DNA of 64,000 nt from NCBI GenBank assembly GCA_951406725.2, contig OX597830.1:21266001-21330000 (forward strand). Direction: 5' to 3'. The position numbers and the translations under genes are program-made. This DNA is from Octopus vulgaris. Lineage: Eukaryota. The stretch's first letter is position 1. Every line of letters begins with the position of its first letter. Under the pieces are notes generated by a model. It did no database searches. It had not been told where the DNA came from and saw only the letters and a program-made list of their open reading frames with translations. Below, one piece after another: positions 31,910 through 45,426 of this stretch.

Positions 31910-32254
31910 ATGTGATGTTGTTGATGTAGAGATTGATAATGGGGTGATGGAGGTGATTCTGTTGATAATCATCTTCTCATCCTTCTCTTCCTTCTCTTCT
32001 TCCTCCCCCTCCTCCTCCTCCTCCTCCTCCTCCTCCGCCTTCTACCAAATCCGCCGCTTCTTGAAGTACGAAATGGACCAAATTCGGAGCAGCTTCGTCG
32101 GGTTTTATTCAATCCAACAACAAACACTATTCAACCGATACCTTCTAGCGCAGACGTCAGCTAAAAAATGTACTGATCCCTCCTGGATCATCCTTATTCT
32201 TCATATTATTATTTGATATTCCACTTGATTTGCACGGATTATCTCAATTAATGA

Positions 32255-32710
32255 TAAGGCAACGAGCTGCTAAAATCGTTGCTGAAACGGACAAGATACT
32301 TGGCGGTATTTTGGTCCGTTTTTACGTTCTGAGTTCAAATCGAGCCGAAGTTGGCTTTGCCTTTCATCCTTTTGGGGTTGATAAAATAAGTACCAGTTGA
32401 GTATTGGTGTCGATGTCATCGACTTAGCCCCTGCCTCATAAACTGTTGGCCTTGTGCCAAAATTTTAAACTGATATTTCGTTTCTTTATTACCCACAAGG
32501 GGCTAAACATAGAGGGGACAAACAAGGACAGACAAACGGATTAAGTCGATTACATCGACCCCAGTGCGTAACTGGTACTTAATTTATCGACCCCGAAAGG
32601 ATGAAAGGCAAAGTGGACCTGGGCGGAATTTGAACTCAGAACGTAACGGCAGACGAAATACGGCTACGCATTTCGCCCAGCGTGCTAACGATTCTGCCAG
32701 CTCGCCACTT
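32255..32710. mobile_element. tail-to-tail inverted pair of SINE family B
   Basis: + copy at 32255-32470, - copy at 32480-32710. Confidence 0.85.
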
Positions 32711-32906
32711 TAATTTTAAACTGATATTATTTGATATTCCAATAGGTTGGTGTTTAAACTCAGAATGTACAGAGCCGGAAGAAATGCCTCTAGGCCTTTT
32801 GTTCGACGCACTAATGATTATACCAGTATTTGGACGGTACTGCCTTCTAGGGAAGGGGGAGCGGTGGAAAGATCCAGAGGTTGTTGAAGAAAATTGGGGC
32901 GATACC

Positions 32907-33101
32907 ATGGGCGTATATTCCGGGTGTGGTAGGTGTATGCTGCACACCCATCGAAAATGGCAAATTCATAATAAATAATTAACCTTACTCGTTAATTTAA
33001 TCACACATCTTAATGGAAAACTTTTGTTATAACCCTGTTTGAAATTTGGTGACATCGGGTGTGGCAGCACACACAATACAACAACCACTATATGCCACTG
33101 G
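32907..33101. mobile_element. decayed MITE with imperfect TIRs
   Basis: ccatgggcgtata..gtatgctgcacaccc versus gggtgtggcagcacac..tatatgccactgg. Confidence 0.45.
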
Positions 33102-35089
33102 ACGATAATGGGGTGGCCAAAAGTAGTCAATGGATGTAAAAAAAACCCCCAAACATTGGGTTAATAAGGTTAAATTTTATGTTTGAAATACTGTTGTTTT
33201 GAGTTTGCTGGCGAAAGTGGACTATGCCTGTGGTGGTGAGTGGGGAGGGGGGTTAGAAATGTGCCCCGGGTGCCAAGGGAGCGGCAACCTGGAAAGGTTT
33301 GGGAACCACTGATCTGGTACAGTAATCCTTTCTACTATAAGCACAAGGCCTGAAATTTTGGACAGAAAGTGCCAGTCGATTACCCTAACCCCAGTGCTCA
33401 ACTGGCCCTTATTTCATCGACTCAAAAAAGGTGTTGAAAGGCAAAGTCGATCTCGGTGGAATTTGAACTCAGAACATAAAGACAAACGAAATCTCGTTAG
33501 GTATTTTGTCCGACGCGCTAACGGTTATGCCCGCTCGCATTCTTCCTGCATCTGTAGTAAGAAAATCATGAAGCAATATATCTAACGAAATACTTTGGGA
33601 ATCCCATTTATGATAAATATCTAAAGCAAGAGGCCATAAATTTTGACGAAATATTTAGTAAAATGCAGGAAATAACATTCTGGTTATATTTCTGAAACCA
33701 ATAAATAAATAAATAAATAAATAAATGATTAAAAGTAGAAGGAAAATGTAAAAACTTGAAGAATTATTACAAACGGTGAGTTTTAAAACCCCAGGAAGAT
33801 ATTGCGTTTAATGTTATCGGTAAATCTTTGTTGATTTGTATGATATATTATAGGAGGGTTTTGGAAATGTTTTGTAGTCCAGGTAGGTAAAATGTTGATA
33901 CGTCAGACCTAGAAATAGCGAAAGAGAGAGAGAGAGAGAGAGAAAGAGAGATTTTATACTGTGGAACTCAATTCCTGTGGGTGGCTGTCTCTATCCTGAT
34001 CATTTTGGAACAAGGGTGGATCCGGGAAACAAAGACGTCAGACTGTTTCCTCTGCTGTGGTTTCGAGAAAAATTTATCGGAGAGCAACAGGCGATCTTCT
34101 GCCTTGGGCGACGACGTTTGCGTATAAACTCGATTTCGTTAGCTTGCCACTGGAGAATTCATCTCTTTAGGTCATCTTCTGGGTGAAAAAATTGCTGTTT
34201 TCGAAATGGAAAGATTAGGAAATCGTGATTGCGGTTTTTTTTTTTACTGTCTCCGAAATTGAGATGAGACGACTTGGCACGACTGTTTGGAAGCTAACGA
34301 TTTGGCACGGCTGACAGGATGTTTAACCTTTGTTTCGGTGATAGTATGTATGCTCCGGAAGCAAACACAGAGGATTGCCAGTGAGAAATATACACATACA
34401 GATGGAAAGAGTGAGCGAGAGAGGGAGAGAGAGAGAGAGGGAGAGGAGGAAAGAGGAACATTACAGTTCCTTAGCTGAACACGAATGGCGTGAGTGCCTT
34501 CCTTTTTATACACACGTAGAGAAACATGTTTACACAAACACAACAGTGGAGAGCGAAAGAAAAATTTTAAAAGTCTGATGTCAAATAGGTCGGCGTCGAA
34601 TCAACGACGCCAAATAGGCGGCACCAAAACGATTATGCCTGGGTGTCTCATACCTTTCCTCCACCCTACAGTCTAACTCCGCCACCTCTAGCTGCGATGG
34701 AAATAGTCGGCGTCAAAACGACTGTGCAAGTGTGTCTCATACCTTTCTCCCACCCCGCAGTCTAACTCCGTCGATTCCAGCTGCGAGGGAAAACTACGTC
34801 CAAACCATGTTCGACGATACCGTTAAAAACTGAAGGCTAAAGAAAGCGACTGGCGCAGTGGCGGTTTGGTAACTGGGGAAATCGCAAAATACCAATTGTA
34901 GATTCGCAACAGCATCTGCGTCGCTTGCAGAATCGAAGTCCGGCCTGTAAGAACCACGTTACAACTTGAATGGATTTTGTTGAACAGATATAGTTAAGAA
35001 GTTCGCCTTGCAACCACATGGTTTCGGGTTCAGTCCTATTACGCGGAATCTCGGGCAAATATTTTCTACTGTAGCCTGGATTGACTAAT

Positions 35090-35466
35090 GGAAGCACTCC
35101 GTCGGTTACGACGACGAGGGTTCCGGTTGATCCGACCAACGGAACAGCCTGCTCGTGAAATTAACGTGTAAGTGGCTGAGCACTCCACAGACACGTGTAC
35201 CCTTAACGTAGTTCTCGGGGATATTCAGCGTGACACAGAGTGTGACAAGGCTGGCCCCTTGAAATACAGGTACAACAGAAACAGGAAGTAAGAGTGAAAG
35301 TTGTGGTGAAAGAGTACAGCAGGGATCACCACCATCCCTGCCGGAGCCTCGTGGAGCTTTAGGTGTTTTCGCTCAATAAACACTCACAACGCCCGGTCTG
35401 GGAATCGAAACCGCGATTCTACGACCGCGAGTCCGCTTGCCCTAACCACTGGATCATTGCGCCTCC
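35090..35466 (-). mobile_element. SINE family C inserted into an older family A head
   Basis: Exact 12-bp TSD GGATTGACTAAT at 35078-35089 and 35467-35478; host A copy spans about 34985-35525. Confidence 0.9.
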
Positions 35467-35969
35467 GGATTGACTAATACCTTGTTAGTGAATTTTGTTG
35501 ACGGAAACTATGTTGAAGCCTGTCTGTAGGCGCAGTTACCTCCCTTGACAGCGGGTTTAAACAAGCTCGCTAGATGGCGCTAGAGCGTGAGATTCTGACA
35601 CGAAGCCTTACGACTTTCTCTTTGCTCGCCGAGACGTCAGAATGTAAAGACGTGATCTAGTTGGCCCTCTCACACCACACGCCAGCCAGCAGACAGGGGG
35701 CAACGCACAGGTGAAGATCATGGCTTCCACGCATCAAACCTTTTCCATTTATCATTCAGCTTATATATATATATATATATACGTGTGGCCGGCATTAAAG
35801 ACATTTAAAGTTACAGCCTTGTTTCATATATATTCTTTATACCGTGTTCCTCTCAAATGATATTACAGCCTTCTGAGTAGAGTCACATTAGATGGCTCCA
35901 CAACCATGATACAAACATACTATCTAAATGTCATACATATATAAACATGTGTGTGTGTGTGTGTGTTCA

Positions 35970-36007
<38 letters not shown>

Positions 36008-36156
36008 CTTTGTGCCTGTGTCTGTACATCCCACATCTCTTGATAACTGATGTCGGTATGTTTAAGCTCTCATAACCAAGTAGTTCGGCCGAAGGCGCCG
36101 TTATATGTAGTGACATTTCAAGCAATGAGTTCGCGGATGATTAATGGATTAGATAG

Positions 36157-36196
36157 GTGCTGATGATGGAGCAAAAACTCCCGAAATATGGTACAT
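36157..36196 (+). ncRNA. type I hammerhead motif, core intact, weak stem III
   Basis: gtg CTGATGA t ggag-caaaaa-ctcc c GAAA tatgg TA cat. Confidence 0.55.
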
Positions 36197-36770
36197 ATTT
36201 TTCATCTTCGATCTGATTATTTGTTTACATCTGACGTCTCGGATACGAAACGTCGTAACAAAAATTAATAATGGCTATAGTTTCTATGGAAAATCTGTAG
36301 AGATGTCCTTAACACGCGAAACGTGTAAATAATAAAAGGTTTGTGTGGCTTCAATATATGCCAAGGAACAATGGATTAAGTAAAGGATTTAGTGGCCAAA
36401 GTGAATCGCCATAATCCCATTCACAGGTTTATATCTGGAACTGATTATGGCTTTAGAAAAAATACGGAAGACGCTTGTTATGGGAAAGAAAGAAATTGTG
36501 GTATAAAAGACGAAATGTCTCGTATTTTTTAAAGACAGAATAGTTGTATGAAATAATATATGTATGATAAAAATATTATGGTTGAATGCTGTATAACTGG
36601 AAAAAATGTTTTAAATATTATTTATGAAAATAATAAGTTTAAAGGAAAAGTTTTACAAAATAATATTAATGTTAAAAGCGAGAAAGGAGAGAAAAATACT
36701 ATAGGGTATAAAATATAGCCCATATAGTTATATACAAATATGTACGCACGCACATTTATATACATAGAAA

Positions 36771-36889
<119 letters not shown>

Positions 36890-36955
36890 ATGAATATACA
36901 CAGGCGTTTCAAAAATATATAGATACCCATCCCACATTATATACACACATACATT

Positions 36956-37014
<59 letters not shown>

Positions 37015-37017
<3 letters not shown>

Positions 37018-37850
37018 GTCATGAAGTATGAAATTTGTAGTAAGGTATATGGTATAATTTGACAGCTGCTCAGTTTGCGCCATTATTATATTTTGACAAT
37101 CTTTATTTTTTTGTTAGAAAACTGACACATCTATTTCTTTATTCTAACTTATTTTGTGCTTTATAAAGTATTTATAAATGGTTTTTTGCTATTTTTGTTT
37201 AGACATGGATAAGTCGGAAATTCGTACAGTTTTGAAATATGAGTCCTTTCTTGGAAATACAGCATCACAGACAGCTCGGAATATTAATGGAGTATTTCAT
37301 TCTATTGTTATTGCACAGCAAACAGTATCAAATTGGTATGCAAAATTTCATTCTGGTAACTTTAACCTCACAAATGAGCAACGCGGTCGAGCAGAAACAA
37401 AGGTGGTTAACGACGAACTGAAAGCTACCGTCGTCTCAGATCTATCTCAAAGTGCCCATGAATTATCGTTGTTTGTTGTTAGCAAGCAAACGATATTGAC
37501 TCACCTAGTTCAAATCGGTAAAGTGAAAAAGGTGGCTAAATGGGTCCCACATGAACTCAATGAAAATCAGAAGCAGCAACGTTTGGAAGCCCGCATTATG
37601 CTACTTTCTCGTCACAAAAATGAATCATTTTTGAATCGAATCGCAACATGTGATGAAAAATGGATCCAATGCAACAACCGTAAACGTTCAGAACAATGGT
37701 TGAACAAAGACGAGCCACCAAAACACAGTCCAAAAGGCAAAATTCATCGAAAGAAGCTGATGGTGTTTGTTTCGTGGTCTGGAACAGGAGTGATCAATCA
37801 CGGCCGATGTATACTGCAGCCAACAGGACCAAATGATGCGGAAACTTGCA
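37015..37850 (+). pseudogene. truncated mariner transposase (5' TIR region, HTH, first catalytic Asp)
   Basis: From ATG 37205: MDKSEIR...KWVPHELNENQK...RIATCDEKWI...KKLMVFVSW; frameshifted ADVYCSQ; ends in a (TATG)n tract. Confidence 0.92.
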
Positions 37851-38487
37851 TACATACATGTATGTATGTATGTATGTATGTATGTATGTATGTATGTATG
37901 TATGTATGTGCGTATGCATGTATGTATGTATGCATGCATGCATGCATGTATGTATGTATGTATGAATGTATGTATGTATTTATGCATATATGTATGTATG
38001 CATGTATGTATGTATGTATGTATGTACGTATGCATGTATGTATGTATGCATGTATGTATGCATGCATGTATGCATGCATGTATGTATGTATGTATGTATG
38101 TATGCATGTATGTATGTATGTATGTATGTATGTATGTATGTATGCATATATGTATGTATGTATGTATGTGCGTATGCATGTATGTATGTATGCATGCATG
38201 CATGCATGTATGTATGTATGTATGAATGTATGTATGTATTTATGCATATATGTATGTATGCATGTATGTATGTATGTATGTACGTATGCATGTATGTATG
38301 TATGCATGTATGTATGCATGCATGTATGCATGCATGCATGTATGTATGTATGTATGTATGTATACATGTATGTATGTATGCATGTATGTATGCATGTATG
38401 TATGTATGCATGTATGTATGCATGCATGTATGTATGTATGTATGTTTGTATGTATGCATGTATGTATGTATGTATGTATGCATGCAT
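37850..38487. repeat. (TATG/CATG)n array with an internal duplication of about 260 bp
   Basis: Marker variants tatgtgcgtatg and tatgaatg..atttatgcatata recur at 37905/38165 and 37961/38221. Confidence 0.9.
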
Positions 38488-38659
38488 GATTTTTCTTTGA
38501 GTTTTAAGTTCTTCTTGAGAGAGTTCAAGCCGGTCGCTAACAAAGCGACAGGACTTTTTGAGTTAAGAGAGTTCCCGCTATTTGTAAAATACGTAGGAGA
38601 GTTGGTGTGTTGGTTGAACTGTCGATGCATACACCCAAGTGAGTGCATCTATTCACATA

Positions 38660-38940
38660 AGAATTTCAGATGGAGAATTTTGCAGATCTTCACTGTGCCA
38701 CGAACAGATTGGAATTGGAGAATCCGCGTCAATTTCTCTTACGCTTTTTCTGTGAAACCGAGTATTTCTGGGGTTTCGTGCAAGTTTGTTGGTATATAAC
38801 CTAATGCACCTATGGTGTTAGGTACGAATGAGAATTCATGGTGAGGGCACAAGGGCTGTAGGTTGCGCATTAATTCGTCATTAATGTTTTCCTTTTCCTG
38901 AACATTTGATTGTACATTCATAGGTGTACGGATCCCGAAC
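38660..38940 (-). pseudogene. RLE-domain C-terminus of a non-LTR retrotransposon
   Basis: EKENINDELMRNLQ...FSFVPNTIGALGYIP...LQFQSVRGTVKICK. Confidence 0.7.
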
Positions 38941-39302
38941 GAATGAATAGCAAAACCAACCTCAGCGGCATTTGAACCCGCAAAGAAACGACCGAGATTT
39001 GTGGAGGTGTTTAATGAAACCTTCCCAAAGTCGAAACCTGCAAGTCGACACGAAACCGAAAAACCCATCGCTGCCGCCGCCACCGCCTCCATCTGCCCAT
39101 ACCCCATCCTGCTCCTCCTGTTCTTCTTGCTCCTACTCCTTCTCCCCTCCTCTTCCTTCTATTTCGTTTACCTTCAGTAGTTTAACTACAAACCACCACT
39201 AATTCTCCCAACAATCGGTGCCAGCGTTGCCATCACCGTAACTATCCTCGTCACGAAGACCACCGGCTCCACCATCACCACCGCCTCCATCATATGCGTA
39301 TA

Positions 39303-39508
<206 letters not shown>

Positions 39509-41489
39509 GACACCTTTTTATTTATGTATTCGGTTTACTTCACCCCATACTGTTTTGGTATCATCATCATCACATCATCATCTTCTTCATCATCATAATT
39601 ATCATCATCATCCTCGTCATCAATCAATCATCAATCATCATCATCATCATCATCAACATCATCACGTTAATCCTCATCGTCATTATGATAATAAGGATCC
39701 CCTCATCATCATCATCATCACTATCACCACCACCACCACTACAACGATTACCATGACCCTCACCCGTACACCCCACTATTGTCATCATTACCACCACAAC
39801 CATCATCATCATCATCATCATCATAATCAGTATCATCATCATCATCGTCATTGTCATCACTACCACGACTGCCACCACTAACAACAACGGCATCATCATC
39901 ATCGACATCATCTTCATCATCATTCATATTCATCATCATCCTCATCTTCACTATCACCGGTTGCCAACCACCACCACCACCACCACCACCACCACCACCA
40001 CCACCACCACCGTCATCTCTATCACCACCACTACTACTACTGCTACCACCTTCACTGCTAGCACCAGTGACTGGCTTACTTTCACAGGTTCCCACGGTAG
40101 AATACCACCACCACCACCACCAGCAACAGCTCTGTCACCGACACCACAATAAGAACAAGAACAACAACAACAACAACAACAACAACAATCACAATCATCA
40201 TCAACTACCACCTATGACACCACCCCGCCATCCCGTCATTTACCGTCCCTCTGCCCTCCCCTCCCCCCCCCCACCCCGCCTCATCTCCACCGGTACCCAG
40301 CATCAGTAATGCAGTGATGCCGACATCATTAACATCCACCTATTCCCTTGGTGCTGTTGCTGCTTCTGGAGAATGAAAGGAGCGGCGGTGGCGACGGTGG
40401 GGGGTGGGTGGATGTTTTGGTGGTGGTGGTGGTGTTGGTGTTGGTGGTGTTGGTGGTGGTAGTGGTAGTGGTGTTGGTATTGGTGGTGGTGGTGGTGGTG
40501 GTGGTAGTGGTGGTAGTGGTGGTTGTGGTGGTGTTGATGTTGTTGTTGGTAGTGGTGGTGGTAACGGTGGTAGTGGCGGCGGCGGTGGTGGTGGTGGTGG
40601 TGGTGGTGGTGGTGGTGATGGCGGTGGTGATCGTGGTTGTGGTAGTGGTGATAGTGGTGGGAGTGTTGATTTTAGTGGTAGCGACGGCGGCGGCGGTGTT
40701 GATTATCGTAGTGGTGGTGGTGAGGAGGGATGCCGGTGGAAGATTAGGAAGAGAAGGAGGTATGGCTACCCGTAAAGGAGGAGATGCTGGTGATGGTAGT
40801 GGTGGTGGTGGTGGTGGCGGTGGCAGTGGCTGTTGTTGTTATGGTGGAGGCAGTTGTAAAGGCGGTTGTGGTGGTGGTGGTGGTGGTGGTGGTAGTTGTA
40901 TATAATAGTTGCGGTGGTATTAATAGTGCTACAGGTGATGGTAATGGTATTGATATGCCAGTGCCATTGGATGCAGTAGTACGGTCGGAAGTGGTAGGTA
41001 GTGGTGGTAGTGGTGGTAGTGGTGGTTGTGGTGGTAGTGGTGGTTGTGGTGGTAGTGGTGATGGTATTGTTGGTAGTTGTGGTATTGGTTGTGGTGGTGG
41101 TGGTGTTAGTTATGTTACTGGGATGTTGTGGTTTTACTGCCAATGTCTACGATCCTGGTGTTGATCGTGGTTGTTGCTTCTGTTAAACACCAGGCCAATT
41201 TTGCCTGATCATGTTCATTTCCAAAGACTTTCCAACCGCCACTACCGAGACTGACATAATTACAGCATGGATCTAACAGATTGTTTGCACATCGTTGTTC
41301 TTATTTCTTTAATTTCTTTTTGGCATTAGATTCCCTCCTTGTGATCCCTCTCTGTATATTTGTGAGTTGCTTTGTTACGTATTATAAGCCGGAACGTCGT
41401 CAGGTGTTCGCCGCCCTTCATCCTGCGAGCAACGCGGTCGTTGGAAGTTCTAATTGTGGTTAACAGCATAATGTTCTCCGAGAACATCA

Positions 41490-41630
41490 TCGTTCTAGTC
41501 TGAATCCGTGATGGGAATTAGATATGATTCTGCGTGAATTAGAGATGTCAAGGAATAGACTTTCTAGAATATTTGAGATCGTGCATAGGAAGGTGATGAC
41601 CCTGTATCGTGTTCCTTTACATAGATTTTT
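41490..41630 (-). pseudogene. non-LTR reverse transcriptase fragment (not in the ORF track)
   Basis: Manual minus-strand translation GTRYRVITFLCTISNILESLF...IISNSHHGFRLER* resembles YRPISLL..K.LE...QxGFR. Confidence 0.7.
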
Positions 41631-41732
41631 GCATATATTTCTGCCTTTAGATTGTAAAATTGCGAATTAGCCACCTATATTATTTATAATTTTCACTTTT
41701 ACCGTTTATGAAATCAGCGTATGATTTCAACG

Positions 41733-41892
41733 GGGGAAGTGGCTGTGCGGTAAGTAGCTTGCTTACGAACTACATGGTTCCGAGTTCAGTCCCACTGCGT
41801 GGTACCTTGGGCAAGTGTCTTCTACTATAACCTCGGGCCAACCAAAGCCTTGTGAATGGATTTGGTAGACGGAAACTGAAAGAAGCCCGTCG

Positions 41893-41985
<93 letters not shown>

Positions 41986-42202
41986 TTGTGTGTCTGTGTT
42001 TGTCCCCCGAACATCGCTTGACAACCGATGCTGGTGTGTTTACGTCCCCGTAACTTTGCGGTTCGGCAAAAGACACCGATAGAATAAGTACTAGGCTTAC
42101 AAAGAATAAGTTCTGGGGTCGATGTGCTCGGCTAAAGGCGCTGCTCCAGCATGCCCACAGTCAAATGACTGAAACAAGTAAAAGAGTAAAAGAGTAAAAG
42201 AG
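41733..42202 (+). mobile_element. SINE family A, full length
   Basis: Head, (TA)n(TG)n and tail with repeated TAAAAGAG. Confidence 0.9.
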
Positions 42203-42254
42203 GAACTGTTATAAACTGACAAGGCGAGATGAGTTTAACCCTGGGCGCGGTAAG

Positions 42255-42316
42255 AGCCACTGATGAGCGTTAAGATGCATTAAGCATCAAAACGCGAAAT
42301 CATCGATGATCTGGCT
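42255..42316 (+). ncRNA. type I hammerhead ribozyme, fully canonical
   Basis: agcca CTGATGA gcgtt-aa-gatgc-attaa-gcatc-aa-aacgc GAAA tcatcgatga TC tggct; predicted cleavage after C42311. Confidence 0.9.
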
Positions 42317-43114
42317 ATATCTGTGACCATAGGGAGCTTGTCTCCCTTGTCAGTTCATTAAGATAGTGCTTTTGTTGGTTGTTGAGTTGTTTTGACTTTT
42401 ATTTCTAGCAATTTTGGTGTTGATTAGTGCCGTTGTTACGATGTTTGCTATGATTTTTGCTCAATGTAAAAGAGATGTCTTTGTTTTCTTCACTAATGTG
42501 CGAAATGGCTCGAAGAAAGGTAGGGGAAGTATTTGTGAAGATTTTGTTGCCGTTATCATTGATTTTATTAGGGTGTGAAGCACACAAGGTTACACGGAGG
42601 AAAGAGTTGTTAAGGGTTTGCTTATTGAGGTCAGTGTGTGTGTGTGTGTGTGTGTGTGTGCGTTGGTGTAGGTTGTTTAGGACGCAAAGGAATGTAGCTG
42701 TGTAAACCTGCCTTGTTAACTGGAAACCAGAAGATGTTGGCTTACATTGAAGTTTTTCCCTTGATGAGGATGTTTGTGGGAAAGAGAGAGAGTTGTAGTT
42801 GCGGAACAAACAGTTGGTGAGAGCAGTAGTGGTGGTAATGAGTGTGTGTGTGTGTGTTGTGTGTATATGCATGTGTGTGTGTGTGTGTGTGTGTATGTGT
42901 ACGTATACTCTTTTACTCTTTTACTTGTTTCAGTCATTTGACAGTGGCCATGCTGGAGCACCGCCTTTAGTCGAGCACATCGACCCCAGGACTTTATTCT
43001 TTGTAAGCCTAGTACTTCTTCTATCGGTCTCTTTTGCCGAACAGCTAAGTTACGGGGACGTAAGCACACCAGCATCGGTTGTCAAACGATGTTGGGGGGA
43101 CAAACACAGACACA

Positions 43115-43176
<62 letters not shown>

Positions 43177-44021
43177 AACATATATGTGTAAATGGATAAA
43201 CGGTTAGATGGATGTGTTTATTACACTAATTTTTCTGTTGCTGTTTCTGAATTCGAAAGACTGTATTTCTAGTGTAGTGACATTTTCTATTAGACTCCAT
43301 ATATTTTTTTGTGATTTGTTTGAATGAAATATGTTATGTTAGTCGTTTGACCAACTTCTTCGTGGCTGAATCTAAGTTGTCTGATGTCAGTGTAACTGAG
43401 AGTGCTCAATATTTCCTGATCTTTTAGTAACAATATTGTGGAAATACCGTGAATGATAATACAATGTTTTAGTTCCATAAAGGTGATTTTAATGCCACAT
43501 ATACTGCTAAGGAAACCCCTGCGCAATAGCAATGAACTACACGACGTCAAACAAGCCCAGACAGGAAAACGTTAGCAAACAATATATTCATATTATATGA
43601 GATTCCTCTCAAAAATAAGCAATTAATAATGAGTATAATATTTATAACACATCACAATGCTTCTAAATTAAACTCAAAGATAGCACACACGGATTAATAA
43701 AAGAATAAATTTTTGACTGACATATTAATCTGACGACCGAAAATTTGTATTGTAGTAGTGATGTAAACATCAATCATATTTGTGCTACCTCTCATTAAGC
43801 GGCAGTAATATATGTCAACACAACTTTATCCAGAAGAGTACACTGTGAAGCTTTAGAAAAAGTTGTGATAGATTTGGGAACACTGATATTAAAAAAGAAA
43901 ACTGTAAAGAACTCATATGAAAAATACAATATATTTTGATTAAAAAAGATAAAACCCAAACACAGTCGTGTTTTAATGCAACACATACAAACAGATTTGT
44001 GCCTATATACATGTGTGCATG

Positions 44022-44068
<47 letters not shown>

Positions 44069-44070
<2 letters not shown>

Positions 44071-44440
44071 GGGTGTAATGAGTAAATTGTCACCATTATA
44101 TATTTTTTATTTCGCACATGCGCATTGTTTTAATTTTGTCGACTACACAGTATAGTAGGGTCAGTGGGGTACTGTCTGTGAGAAAAACACCACCATGACG
44201 CAGTTCACTCGGCCAGAAATTTGGAAACGACATGCTGTACTACTTGGCACAAACAGGAGAACCCAGTCATGGTTGTCAGACAATTTCTGTAATCACATCA
44301 TCCCTAACATCTGGCCACTTAAGTCTCCAGACTTCAACCCTCTTGATTATTATGTGTGGGGTGCAGTTGAGCGAGAGACCAACAAAACTCCTTGTATCAC
44401 CGAAGATGAACTGAAGGCAAGGATTATGGCAGCATTCAGA
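44069..44440 (+). mobile_element. deleted Tc1/mariner (maT/DD37D-like) element
   Basis: Starts cagggtg after the TA tract; TQSWL...WPLKSPDFNPLDYYVWGAVE...ELKARI. Confidence 0.8.
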
Positions 44441-44509
44441 GAGCAGAAATTGAAAGAAGATATATGAAATGGATGTGTGTGTATGTATGTATGTGTGTGT
44501 ATGTGTGTG

Positions 44510-44595
<86 letters not shown>

Positions 44596-44698
44596 CGTGC
44601 TTGCGCGTATGTATGAGAGAGAGAAGAAGAGAGACAGCATAGCGAAAGTTTTGGCCGACTGTCTTGTACTCCCCTTGTTGCTAGCGAAATGGTATATG

Positions 44699-44931
44699 TC
44701 GGCGAGCTGGCAGAATCGTTAGCACGCCGGGCGGAATGCGTAGCCGTATTTCGTCTGCCGTTACGTTCCGAGTTCAAATTCCACCGAGGTCGACTTTGCC
44801 TTTCATCCTTTCGGGGTCGATTAAATAAGTACCAGTTACGCACTGGGGTCGATATAATCGACTTAACCCGTTTGTGTGTCCTTGTTTGTCCCCTCTGTGT
44901 TTAGCCCCTTGTGGGTAGTAAAGAAATAGGT
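44699..44931 (+). mobile_element. SINE family B, full monomer
   Basis: Closely similar to 8349-8581 and 55396-55626. Confidence 0.9.
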
Positions 44932-45242
44932 ATATGCCGGCTGTGTAAGCAACTGGTTGTTTTAATGGCGGAACAAACGGGAATTCCATTAGAAAAAGTT
45001 TTAATCGATTTTCTCGGTAAGTATGGGGGCTAGAAAAAAATACAAAGCGCATTCCAATGTATGCATCCGTCTCTACATGTGTGCCATTTTTCACGTGAAT
45101 CCACCTAGCCGTTTGGCTGTGAACCTCAAGACAAGAAAGAATACAACGATCGCCCATGTCCAATTTATATTATAGATATATGCATAAACACAGGTACACG
45201 CACTCACACACGCCTGCGCACACACGTAAAACAATATATTAC

Positions 45243-45426
45243 TATTCTGTTGTGTCTGGTGAGAGTCATTTTCTTTTTGTGCCTTATAATATAACACACT
45301 CACCGGTAAAATTTCCACTTTTTTTTTCTTTTTTTTCTTATAAAGAAAAAAAAAGCGGAAATTTTACCGGTGTGTTATAGTATAAAGCACAAAAAGAAGA
45401 TAACTCTCGCCAGACACAACAGAATA
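45243..45426. repeat. foldback with arms of about 85 bp
   Basis: tattctgttgtgtctggtgagagt...accggtaaaatttcc is inverted as ggaaattttaccggt...actctcgccagacacaacagaata. Confidence 0.85.

Noticed and set aside
37178-38500. 440-aa ORF as an intact or domesticated transposase
   Set aside because: Only about 200 aa are mariner-like; the frame then shifts and runs into (TATG)n, and the later catalytic residues are missing.
42405-42630. Possible Penelope RT-EN linker peptide on the minus strand (also 43290-43550)
   Set aside because: No diagnostic motif I can recognise; it would need an HMM search.
43725-43755. CTGACGA-cc-GAAA minimal hammerhead
   Set aside because: No stem II and no convincing stems I or III; compatible with chance.
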